A DNA stretch of 64,000 nucleotides from Barthelona sp. PCE. Lineage: Eukaryota. The first letter of the stretch is position 1, and every line of letters starts with the position of its first letter. A program made the position numbers and the translations under genes. The stretch is taken from positions 682,001 through 746,000 of the forward strand of contig JAUFOR010000005.1 in NCBI GenBank assembly GCA_040285745.1. Reading direction: 5' to 3'. Shown here piece by piece: positions 12,001 through 17,203 of the stretch. A model generated the notes under the pieces. That model searched no databases. It worked only from the letters and a program-made list of their open reading frames with translations, and was not told where the DNA came from.

Positions 12001-15000
12001 ACGTCAGATCAATCGGGAGCACTGCGCTACCAGCCGCAAGGATTGCCAACCAGCTGACAATTGCGTTTGCCGAACGGCCCATGGCTATACCAACTACTGC
12101 CCTGTGTGGCAAAGCAGTAGCAATAGCCTCAGCCTTGGTCCACAACTGCGCATACGTTAGCGTGCTCTTTCCGTCGCTAACAGCGATTGTATCGTTTCTC
12201 GGAATGAGATCAAGCACAGTTTTTCCCTGTGTTACAACAGCAGGTGCACTAAGGTAAGCACAATCTGCATTTTCAAATACACTGTTGGTGAAATCTCCAC
12301 CAATGACTGAATTAACCTTCAGCTTAAATAAATCAACCAAGACATTTAAAAATTCTGCTGAATAGACGGAAGAATCAAAGGTAAATTTGAAATCGACGCA
12401 TCTATCTCGAACAAAACCTTCAACAACGAGACCAATAAAGGCTTCAGTTGGTGAGTGCTCAACGGGAATAATGCCTTCCAATATTGATACGTAACTCTCT
12501 GATGCAAAGTCAAACATAATTGATGGCAGTTCGTCAGAGAAAAGAGTTGAATACTCCACACCTGCGTTAAGTGCTGCAGAGCGGATGCTGTCATACACCT
12601 GCTTGGCCTGAATAACAAAATTGTCTGATTTTAAGACTGTAAGAGCAGAGGTATTAACAAAATTACCAAACATATCATCATAAGCTGTTGCTGGTGATAC
12701 CAATCTTGCATCCACGGGGATGGCAAAAGTTGCCGCACTGTTTGAGGAAACAAAACCGAGGACATCACCAAAACATGCAGCAAAGATGGAATACACGGAA
12801 AGCCCGTGGTCGTGACAAAGCTTGCGTGCTGAGTCAACAATAGGGCCAAAGGAGAAGCTAATTTCACGCGATGTACTCTCCTTATCGTAGGAAACAATGG
12901 ACTTACCGGGTACGAAGGAAGGCATCTCTACTGAATCAAACTGTGATACAAAATCGCCTTTCGGAACAGAAAGAGATTGTATGAAAGGTGCTGTGTCAAT
13001 AACTCGGACTGTACCACCTGTCAGAGCTTCCTCCAATGATCTGGAGAACAAGTCAATTGAATAGCCATCGAACACCAGATGGTGCGCAGCAAAAACGACA
13101 TCTGTCTGCAGAACAATACACTTGTAACAACATTCCGTTGTGTTAAACACATTATTTTGCAGTAAAGAAATGCATTCTTCTAACTCAATATCAGCAGGAT
13201 AGACAGCCGTGTCATCAAAAGATTGTCTGACCAACAGATTTCCATCATCATCCATGTCGAATACACTGGTCAAAACATGAGTGCAATGGACGACATGTCT
13301 GAAGGCGTTGACAAGCTCTTCCTGTGAGTAACCACGCCCTGCAAAGTCGTATGAAATAACAACATTATATCCTGTTGATGAGAATTTTGAGTTCTGATAC
13401 ATTTGTTTGAGGGCTATACTATCGACAGGAACCCACTGCACACCTGTAGCTGGGGCCTTTGTAGCGAATGCGCCAGTATCTACGGTTGGATCGCTGACGA
13501 TAAGATTAGCAATAGCGAGTGGTGTCTGGTGTTCAAACACATCAGCAACCGTAATGCTGCAATGCAAATCCCTGTTAAGCGCTGCGACGAACCGGGCTGC
13601 ATTCAATGAATGACCACCCACAAGTGTGAACCTGCTTGAAAACGAGCACGGGGCACCAACAATCTTCGACATGATCGTCTTAACGGTCATGGCAACGGCT
13701 GGATTGGAAACATCAGACAGATCCACGTCCTCCTCTACGATTACTGGGAGAGGAAGACTGTTGCGATCAACCTTGCCTGAACCGGGTAAAAGCGGAAACG
13801 CAGACACTATCTCAATGAGAGGTGGAACCATGTATGACGGGAGTTGCTTCTCCATGAACTCCGGGAGTGTGCCCGGGTCAACATCTCCAATTACGTAGCC
13901 GACCAAAACAGGCTCAGCAAAAACGTCACGGCGCAGAACGACGACTGCTTGTCTCACTGATGGATGGTCGAGCATAACAGCTTCAACCTCGTGAAGATGG
14001 ATACGGACACCGCGGACCTTCACTTGGAAGTCACGACGACCCTTATAAAAAATGGTATCATTCTTCAGCTCGCACAAATCACCAGTTTCATATGAATACC
14101 AGCCTGGCATCGCTGTGTATGGCATGAACCTTTGCTGCAGCTCATCGGATAAGTATGGTGAAGAAATGTACTGGGTGGACACACCTAGGCCGTTGGCGAT
14201 TAGTTCGCCCTCAGGTGTAATGGTGACGTCTGTGTTGTACAGAGGTAATCCAATAGGCATGAAGTCAAACACAGTGTCCTTGGGAACAGTGTAGTACGTG
14301 ACGTTGGCAGACACCTCAGATGCACCATACAAGTTGACCAGGGTCGTGTGACCCCACTTCGAGTAATACTTCTTGGTCAGCGCACCTGTTAGTGCCTCAC
14401 CGGACGTGTAAACCAGCCGCAGAGGAGGAACTTGATCAACCTTCAACAACTCGTTGAGCAGAGAAGGAACAGCGACAAGACGCGTGATTTTGTATTTGCA
14501 AATAATCTTGACAAACTCCATAGGGTTCGTCATCGTCTCTGCACTAATGATGACAAGAGGGTTTCCGTTAAGCAATGGGCAGAAAATCTCCCACCAATGA
14601 TCGCCAAACGACAACGCAGTCTTTGAGCAGCAGACTTCGTCACGGGCGAGCGGATACTCAACGTTCAAAAAATTTATCAGGTTCACAGCTCCCTTGTGAG
14701 AGCCAACTACACCCTTTGGGCGTGAGACTCCACTGGCACTTGACGTCGAACCACTTGTGTATACGACATACATACCCATATCCCCTGAGTATGCATTGTC
14801 GGGCACGTCAACCGGTCTCGGTGTGAAGTTTTTAATGCGTTCATAGAACCCTGTAATGGAAATTGATGGAGCTGACCATACTGACTTGTCAAGAGTAATA
14901 ACTACATCAGGACCTGCGTTCTCCACTATCCAGTTGAGCCTGGATGCTGGGAGGTTTGGCTCCAGCGGCAAGTAGGTCTTCCCCATCTTCATAACTGCTA

Positions 15001-15253
15001 ATAATAATGGGATTGCAAGTTGATGATCACGTTTAATATTGAGACCAACAATTCCCGACCCAAATTCAAGCCCGCTACTCATCATGTAGTGAACAAGACG
15101 ATTTGACATTTCTTCAACCTCCATGAAGGTTTGAAATGTCCCATCTGCTTGATAAATGGCAATATGTTCAGGGCATTGCGATGATATGGAGTACCACCAC
15201 GGAACTATATGTTCGTACGGTAGATCCACGCGAATGCCATTCAAAATATCCAT
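1..15253 (-). CDS. Multimodular nonribosomal peptide synthetase, 3'-partial (at least 5084 aa; A-T-C-A-T-C-A-T-E-C-A-T-C-A-T-C...)
   Basis: Manual translation from ATG 15253 (MDILNGIRVDLPYEHIVPWW...). All five carrier-protein Ser codons (13607-9, 10682-4, 7685-7, 3503-5, 311-3) and the terminal LSFAQQRLW...YN segment are in one frame. The ORF track lists no closed ORF in this frame, consistent with no stop before the window edge. Five A domains (TSGST..PKG, GxxE, [TS]GD, GRxD, GK motifs), four complete HHxxxD C domains plus the start of a fifth, one E domain. Confidence 0.97.
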   Translation of the reverse strand, partial: MDILNGIRVDLPYEHIVPWWYSISSQCPEHIAIYQADGTFQTFMEVEEMSNRLVHYMMSSGLEFGSGIVGLNIKRDHQLAIPLLLAVMKMGKTYLPLEPNLPASRLNWIVENAGPDVVITLDKSVWSAPSISITGFYERIKNFTPRPVDVPDNAYSGDMGMYVVYTSGSTSSASGVSRPKGVVGSHKGAVNLINFLNVEYPLARDEVCCSKTALSFGDHWWEIFCPLLNGNPLVIISAETMTNPMEFVKIICKYKITRLVAVPSLLNELLKVDQVPPLRLVYTSGEALTGALTKKYYSKWGHTTLVNLYGASEVSANVTYYTVPKDTVFDFMPIGLPLYNTDVTITPEGELIANGLGVSTQYISSPYLSDELQQRFMPYTAMPGWYSYETGDLCELKNDTIFYKGRRDFQVKVRGVRIHLHEVEAVMLDHPSVRQAVVVLRRDVFAEPVLVGYVIGDVDPGTLPEFMEKQLPSYMVPPLIEIVSAFPLLPGSGKVDRNSLPLPVIVEEDVDLSDVSNPAVAMTVKTIMSKIVGAPCSFSSRFTLVGGHSLNAARFVAALNRDLHCSITVADVFEHQTPLAIANLIVSDPTVDTGAFATKAPATGVQWVPVDSIALKQMYQNSKFSSTGYNVVISYDFAGRGYSQEELVNAFRHVVHCTHVLTSVFDMDDDGNLLVRQSFDDTAVYPADIELEECISLLQNNVFNTTECCYKCIVLQTDVVFAAHHLVFDGYSIDLFSRSLEEALTGGTVRVIDTAPFIQSLSVPKGDFVSQFDSVEMPSFVPGKSIVSYDKESTSREISFSFGPIVDSARKLCHDHGLSVYSIFAACFGDVLGFVSSNSAATFAIPVDARLVSPATAYDDMFGNFVNTSALTVLKSDNFVIQAKQVYDSIRSAALNAGVEYSTLFSDELPSIMFDFASESYVSILEGIIPVEHSPTEAFIGLVVEGFVRDRCVDFKFTFDSSVYSAEFLNVLVDLFKLKVNSVIGGDFTNSVFENADCAYLSAPAVVTQGKTVLDLIPRNDTIAVSDGKSTLTYAQLWTKAEAIATALPHRAVVGIAMGRSANAIVSWLAILAAGSAVLPIDLTLPTDRIEHMLKTAQCEFVLTDSEIECSARCINFQAILSATVDNTLPSVQASDIAYVIFTSGSTGKPKGASIPHSAYLNAYTGWESVFGLEKGWNHLQMASFSFDVAMGDFVRALCSGGVLHICDRDVLLDSTELTRTLCDLHINICEFVPTVLRTLSTVNMPDNDLKVIMCGSDFWSCVEYIEFSEFFPSARLFNTYGLTEATIDSTYFHSNKLIGCGEAVPIGVPFPGTSVRILKDGVFAPEFTAGELVIAGRGLASGYINQPELTAQRFVNIDGVRYYRTGDVASIVKGELLFLGRNDNQIKIRGHRIELTEVEAAVNAVGITKACAVVVRDKKLVCFFVSYAAADVVTELSTLLKQSLPYYMIPDEYVLLSEIPLSNSGKIDRKLLNSMKYETVTRAIVPPVDEMEVFVASVFASVLNIDATKISRDDAFEFLGGNSMQFIRVISKISSRATVSIQEMKVCNTVTRLASLITDKQEMSVASIDTTAVSDGQKSLYFLHSLEPTSSLYNLPLVFNVEGGFDADRVRATVQELFRTYVALRTGYYLKDGEITQCEVLQLDFRIDSNLSEKDFLNEPFDLKKCVFRCAVVPNEKICFSFHHIAIDGFACDLFVEAFNTLYRGGAVPVEVPPRPNVFDHPVTDYWTILDGFENMDLDLNFDFNRPEKPTYDGRSIRTRLSTETCAAIERMSQVLKVSESDILLASFASFVHRVSASEDAVVGVTHLNRAGQHLEAIGYYVNTLPLFSSMAENLSFRNFCKVTVENVDKMLRNSTCFERIVDFLDVDRSMKGNPIFKVLFNYLPGKESVLELGDAKVSYEDVALDVAKVDLTLHVRHLSDEMELVWEYSTELFSDAKAVTLLEQFTRFIDGIVVDMDVGVMSHPLLSDDEASDLIAVGELPMPEHDIGGTVLDLMLASVKRNPSKTALVDHTGAVLSYTELDNASSVLATHLMDQVDKGSVIGVCFERSLELMVSLWAILKLGSAYLPLDPAYPIDRLKFCVDHARCDLVLCGKEQLTMWTNAYVVDMESSVFKNNNVMELTQWKPDSSDIMYIIYTSGSTGTPKGVAIEHRSAVNRLLWMRDLTYTADDRFIQKTPYSFDVSVWELFVPFVLGAELHLLKPGAQNNPWEIADFVNERRVTIMHFVASMLGAFLDVLSVKLPTLRIVVQSGEALPLVMCDQFFEKVDDCRLLNLYGPTETTIDSSWYECTPGMRSNPPIGIPVANNQLLVLNKAMQLCPIGVPGELHIGGIALARGYYNAPDLTRARFVPNPFAAGRLYKTGDLVRWRADGNVEYLGRIDHQVKIRGNRIELGEVERVIESDVGIERCIVMPVKIGKETVLVAYCLGVLNRVRISVTLDGRLPYYMHPSHYVEVPEFPLLPNGKVNRKRLPKPTVERKKSLVELPTSQEEQLLVELWSEVLSVSQSDISINDNFFKIGGDSIISIKLISLIRKNGFSLSVPEVFEAPILCTMAKRLTPIKQKSKIINVQSRDRVELSPVQRYFNVLNLDKPSHFCQYQTVELSKDYSAGLVKKAITALIKKHDMLRLVYNNGSYGITDLIDFAFFESDASVEEVCQSVSLNGPVLAVRCIGRELLIAVHHMAVDIVSWALIVSDLETVLAGDELMAAGNVFPQFSEHTSQLVSPSVRRSMEQFISVCNIFDAPTTTTGGSVTVDMVFKIGSEAREFFDRHRVSNEQLAVCMFANSFKREEFPILLESMGRVLLPIDCSDTVGWFTALRPAIVRDADIRSVKEIIHSAPMHDALACMTDEELLSITNSVVFNFIGVIDSLDDLKDDGAVAASNQLMGSVVVEAGVLNGDIVLVISCDPSMVDEFEQCKLPFTLDESLFVPQDFGKIVTKADLDAITVAHHVENIMPLTDMQTGMYYHFKRSSDTNAYVEQNVWSIDVAPAMLDQCIIEIVQHHPLLRSFVNETEEGCVVVTTSTGIDSVPHFTSVSEAFAVLSEGLSVLATDPIRFAVVPGGAVSRLVIVNHHVLLDAWSIELLLTSITTLLHRKTLQPTLFDFGSYFRKLESVKEGNLQYWREELSGFEYSELPFKYTSSVDQTVGFAKHALPKSSVNSILKTARSFGVSVNAVVQSICMLAFGYLSNTDSVCFGVTYSGRDLEVEYLDSALGLFITTVPICINTNLKQSFSDFVNAVQHKSVMAGAHSQISLAELQAITSFPSMFDVLYVFENASAGDSSLFTCESPQGVTQFPFTIAVDIEDGIQFDISYLRAKVDECLVTSTFQVVEQIAQSLETLSSATNMSHVSFTPPQFYDELLSFNQSHAPVDFGVNICDIIDSHNKAKVAITSSTHTLTYGDLWHYSNRIAGVLVDAGVEQGAVIGVSMSRSPLLICVLTGILRAGCCYLPLDPTYPESRLRFMIDDALPQMLFVENQHLDVFEWTDCPLMCIDGFASCDAMSDYCAVVNSNADKMLPCYMIYTSGSTGRAKGCVLPQSGVLRMVCENAQVPCFSSMVQAQCSTISFDAHVFEIWAPLINGGTCAVITKNEVLDGDLFAMCIEKFEVTHLFLTTALFNRYVRDYPHIFSDLECVSTGGEAMNRNVALTLLSSQYSPKRLVNLYGPTESTSYATYFDVSQDFNTRTVPIGRPITNGTCFVLDQYKRVLPAGATGILYVGGVGVAHEYHKRPELSAKTFVSDMYTSLTNVEVAPHGKMYCTGDMARFSEDGFVEFIGRRDYQVKIRGHRIEMGEIENLLTLHPAVSTSCAMVVDGLIIGYVIPAHGEAYSQASVLKFMEERLPAFMVPQMLIDLERMPLAPGGKVDRKKLPAPSCVVTNRDVVPPRDHLETELCSIFGKILNTYPIGIHDRFDELGGHSLLYVQLRSEIQRKFQTALSLSALFDKPTVAHIAGSIRRSSLVSMPDLSAISVNQRFYPSAAQKRLWILDSLIESSELYLMPFGFRITGALNAEKLSAAIRSVVSRHSALRTVYKLVNEELIAYIKPVSDIPAEIFVQRTVAESELASEWVTFTATGFDLAKELPIRAQLIKTEKAAYFWLCIHHIAGDGWSMSIFFEELSAIYNAKPVKQTTIDYPQYAVWEREEFEFRSSLEFFKNYLGEASTTVLDLSTDYPRKEVLEWTGSEYSLVLNPTITAELESMAMSCNCSLFVLLLSAFSYMLHRYSNQKDVIVGVPVANRMLSDLESVIGLFVNSVPVLSSYDAEGSFLGFVEAMRDGFVKVFDHQSLPIDILVDTLQIKRSANRNPLFQSFFNMITMDTGSLVLSECEVHQLRYETTSSKFDLSLLAYKESEGLRFEFEYATELFTLDTIKRFANNFAYMLERLISTDVYTKLKQIQCITPAELDELRYGLNPKPIARPELTIFEHIFSYGNQHLDDCALTFGESSWSYRELFAETDAMCAYLLEHNVTKGDAVGICILRRPEMMFAILACFKLGALYVPMEPSFPTDRINFLVKDVDMSVLIVDDDILRDRLPDIIGESGCHVLDVDLVSTSDYLDQKVSFDWTVSFDDRCYIVFTSGSTGTPKGIPTTNDAVMNRMIWQLEYTKASAADVIALKTTLTFDPSVWEYIVPLLCGAVLHMTQPNAHREPVEIFEEFEQHNVTLCYFVPSMLKAFLDAIDAEKYQGLRYVFLSGEPLTTYVRDLFYEKFPNAKLVNTYGATECCLETTYYETKPGETYVPCGYCFDNYTCWIVQNGYLAPKGAVGEIYTGGAAVASGYWKRPDLTKKSFGTFALTEERNEYVYMSGDLGRYDNEGLIHYKGRTDFMVKIHGLRMELGEIASALLLHPEVSTGLITVVKDKSGDNYLCAYVVPREHEYSHLTESDELVVLHNTEYVQNIRQFMLTKLPLTMVPARYIVVSHFNKTTSGKVNRKTLPKPSVAQTVSVSNYVEPTTEIEKLICRVFEEVLGVDTVGIRDSFFDLGGHSLVATQVIARLSQELNQKIKVSHIFVNPTPETLSQSISSLTSVMNRASVSSFEKHNKASYELSFAQQRLWLVCKLIDASSLYNMHVEFIVDDMLDIDRIRNAIY
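200..3350 (-). other. NRPS module 5: LCL-type C-A5-T5
   Basis: C SAAQKRLW, HSALRT, HHIAGDGWS; A5 FTSGSTGTPKG, TFDPSVWE, CYFVPSML, FLSGEP, NTYGATECCLET; T5 FFDLGGHSL. A sixth module's C domain begins at ~135 (LSFAQQRLW). Confidence 0.9.
3400..6420 (-). other. NRPS module 4: DCL-type C-A4-T4 (aliphatic amino acid-like A domain)
   Basis: C PLTDMQTGMYYH, YVEQ, HHVLLDAWS, YSGR..GLFITTVP; A4 YTSGSTGRAKG, SFDAHVFEIWAPLING, LFLTTALFN, TGGEA, NLYGPTESTSYAT; T4 LGGHSL. Confidence 0.9.
6480..10545 (-). other. NRPS module 3: C-A3-T3-E (Ser-like A domain plus epimerization domain)
   Basis: C HHIAIDG (~10185-10205); A3 KTPYSFDVSVWE, MHFVAS, QSGEAL, NLYGPTETTIDS; T3 FFKIGGDSI; E LSPVQRYF, HDMLR, HHMAVDIVSW, LESMGR, TVGWFT, FNFIG. 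Confidence 0.9.
10570..13450 (-). other. NRPS module 2: C-A2-T2 (A2 Orn/Dab-like)
   Basis: C motif HHLVFDG (~13064-13084); A2 FTSGSTGKPKG, SFDVAMGDF, CEFVP, IMCGSD, NTYGLTEATIDS; T2 LGGNSM. Confidence 0.9.
13500..15253 (-). other. NRPS module 1: initiation A1-T1 (beta-amino-acid/Ebony-like A domain)
   Basis: YTSGSTSSASGVSRPKG, KTALSFGDHWWEIFCPLLNG, ITRLVAVPSLL, YTSGEAL, NLYGASEVSANVT, PGSGKVDR; T1 motif VGGHSL. No N-terminal C domain. Boundaries approximate. Confidence 0.9.
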
Positions 15254-15707
15254 ATCAATGCTGTGCAAATGGTTGTAAAAAAGGAGTAAAATTATAAACA
15301 ACTGACATAAGCGTTTGTTAGGTTTTTCTTGTGAATAGTGATTTAATAGATGTGCTAGTGTTAAATTTGCCAAACACAAATACTGAGTATGAGTGCAAGA
15401 TGATTCTATTAATGGGCAGGGTTAATTTGATCAATTCCACATATATGAGAAACTTTTCATTCGTTTGTAAGGATAGTGATATAATATTCATGTTCAAAAT
15501 GAGGTATAAATATTGCTAAACAGACTATATACATATTAATGATTATATCTTGTTCTTCACTTTAATATGGGTTTTAAAACCCGTGAGTTCGCTCAAACGA
15601 ATAACCATACTCACATAGACACCATAAATGTCGAATGATCTCCCATGCTACAGTGCTTTGAAAAGCTTTTTTTCACTTCTTGCAGTGTATTAGACTAATT
15701 TAGTATA

Positions 15708-16199
15708 ATGAGATGGGATCAATTACTTCGACGGTACTCGTGTTCGCGTTTTCAGGGCTTAAAACTGGCTGTTTTTGATCCAACTTCAGAGATCTTCAAT
15801 CGTTTGGACTTAAATAATGTAGAATCATCTTTAACGCACGAGAAGTACATAGACACTGGACTGGGGCTGCGTTGTAGGCATTTTATTGAAGTACCAGATG
15901 CTAATGCATTGATTGGTATTGATGGGCTTCTTTTTACTCTTTTGCATGATGATTATGAGGCTCAACGGATTAATTTACATAGAATGATGCATGAATGCGC
16001 ATTTGAAACGTGCGTTTCGATTCTTTACATTGATGATTCTGATGGAACGCTGTCTAGATGTGAAATTTTGAAATTATTAGATGCTACAGAGATCGTGAAC
16101 GACGGGACAGGAAAAGTGTTTTTTGTGTCTCCCAACCCAAGATCAACAGGAGGTCTTGATGATGCACTGATATGGTTGTCAGAAAACAAATTTAAATAA
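15708..16199 (+). CDS. Degenerate Arf-family-like small protein without recognisable GTPase motifs (163 aa)
   Basis: ATG-to-TAA ORF; Arf-like C-terminus (EILKLLD...VFFVS...GGLDDALIWLSE) and DGLLF strand, but no GxxxxGK(S/T), DxxG or NKxD. Confidence 0.55.
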   Translation: MRWDQLLRRYSCSRFQGLKLAVFDPTSEIFNRLDLNNVESSLTHEKYIDTGLGLRCRHFIEVPDANALIGIDGLLFTLLHDDYEAQRINLHRMMHECAFETCVSILYIDDSDGTLSRCEILKLLDATEIVNDGTGKVFFVSPNPRSTGGLDDALIWLSENKFK

Positions 16200-16213
16200 A
16201 AGACTAACTTTTT

Positions 16214-16774
16214 TTACTTGTTTCTTCTAACAGCGTCACTGAGCCAGTTGAATCCATCTTCAAGTCCGTATCCGTTCTCTGTTACGGAACAGAGCTGAAC
16301 ATGAATAGGACGCTCATGGATACGGCTGTTGAGATCAAGAGCAGTAACGATATCCGACACGTTGAGCTGGGGAGACATGTCAAACTTGTTGCCGAGGACA
16401 AGCACCGGCTTGTTTTGAAGTGCAGGGTGCTTAAGAACAGACTGAAGCTCTTGACGAGAAACATCATAACGATCAGTGTCAGCAACATCAATCATCCACA
16501 CCAAAGCATCACATGCAGGTAGAAAATCGGACCAGACCTCTCTGATGGATTCGTGACCACCTACATCATAAATAAGACAGCGTAAACCACCGCTCAATTC
16601 AACGTGCTCGGAACTTACTTGTGCAGTTGGGGGAAGCTCCCTCAGACGACCAGTTAACAGATAGTATAAGAGAGTGCTCTTTCCGGCGCAATCAAGACCT
16701 AAAAATAGGATATTGGAATTTCTAAGCCTTTTGAAAATGCGGAAAAGCCTTTTGAAGAATGACAAGAGACCCAT
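16214..16774 (-). CDS. ARF/SAR family small GTPase (Sar1-like G3 His, Gly2 N-terminus)
   Basis: GLDCAGKST, DVGGH, GNKFD, LCSV, GFNWLS; N-terminal MGLLSFFKRLF amphipathic helix. Confidence 0.93.
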   Translation of the reverse strand: MGLLSFFKRLFRIFKRLRNSNILFLGLDCAGKSTLLYYLLTGRLRELPPTAQVSSEHVELSGGLRCLIYDVGGHESIREVWSDFLPACDALVWMIDVADTDRYDVSRQELQSVLKHPALQNKPVLVLGNKFDMSPQLNVSDIVTALDLNSRIHERPIHVQLCSVTENGYGLEDGFNWLSDAVRRNK

Positions 16775-17203
16775 TTGCTTTATGCGATATCAGAATATCA
16801 AGAATGAGGTTTAACAAGCTAAAACAAGCAAAAACAATATCTTACAAATCTTTCGCTTATGTATCTTCCAAAACTCACGCAACAGTAGTTTTGATATGCG
16901 CTTTCACAACATTAAAGTGTAATATTCAAACTCTAACAACCTCAAAAGTGTTTTGCACATTGTTTAACTGAAAAAGTTTTTACAGTTCAGAAAATGAACT
17001 GCCGCTGATTGCTGAATGTGAAAATGTGATTGAAGGATATACCCTGCGCAAAAAGGCATAAACCTTTAAATGGTAAAAGCGGCACTCTAGTACAATAAGT
17101 AAGCTCGTACCGTGCAGAGAAAAAAAGATTAGAGCTTGTTAAAGTATTTCACCTGCTTGTTAAGAAGTACAAAATTATATCAAAACTTTTACTTACCAAT
17201 ATT

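Noticed and set aside
14715-14750. Micro-intron explaining the A1 P-loop insertion
   Set aside because: The GT..AG candidates are implausibly short, and removing the 12-nt one does not restore the canonical motif; treated as coding.
364-14892. About 50 short ORFs (60-180 aa) listed on both strands in the first 15 kb
   Set aside because: They are alternative-frame or antisense shadows of the single NRPS frame, which the track omitted because it lacks a stop codon in the window.
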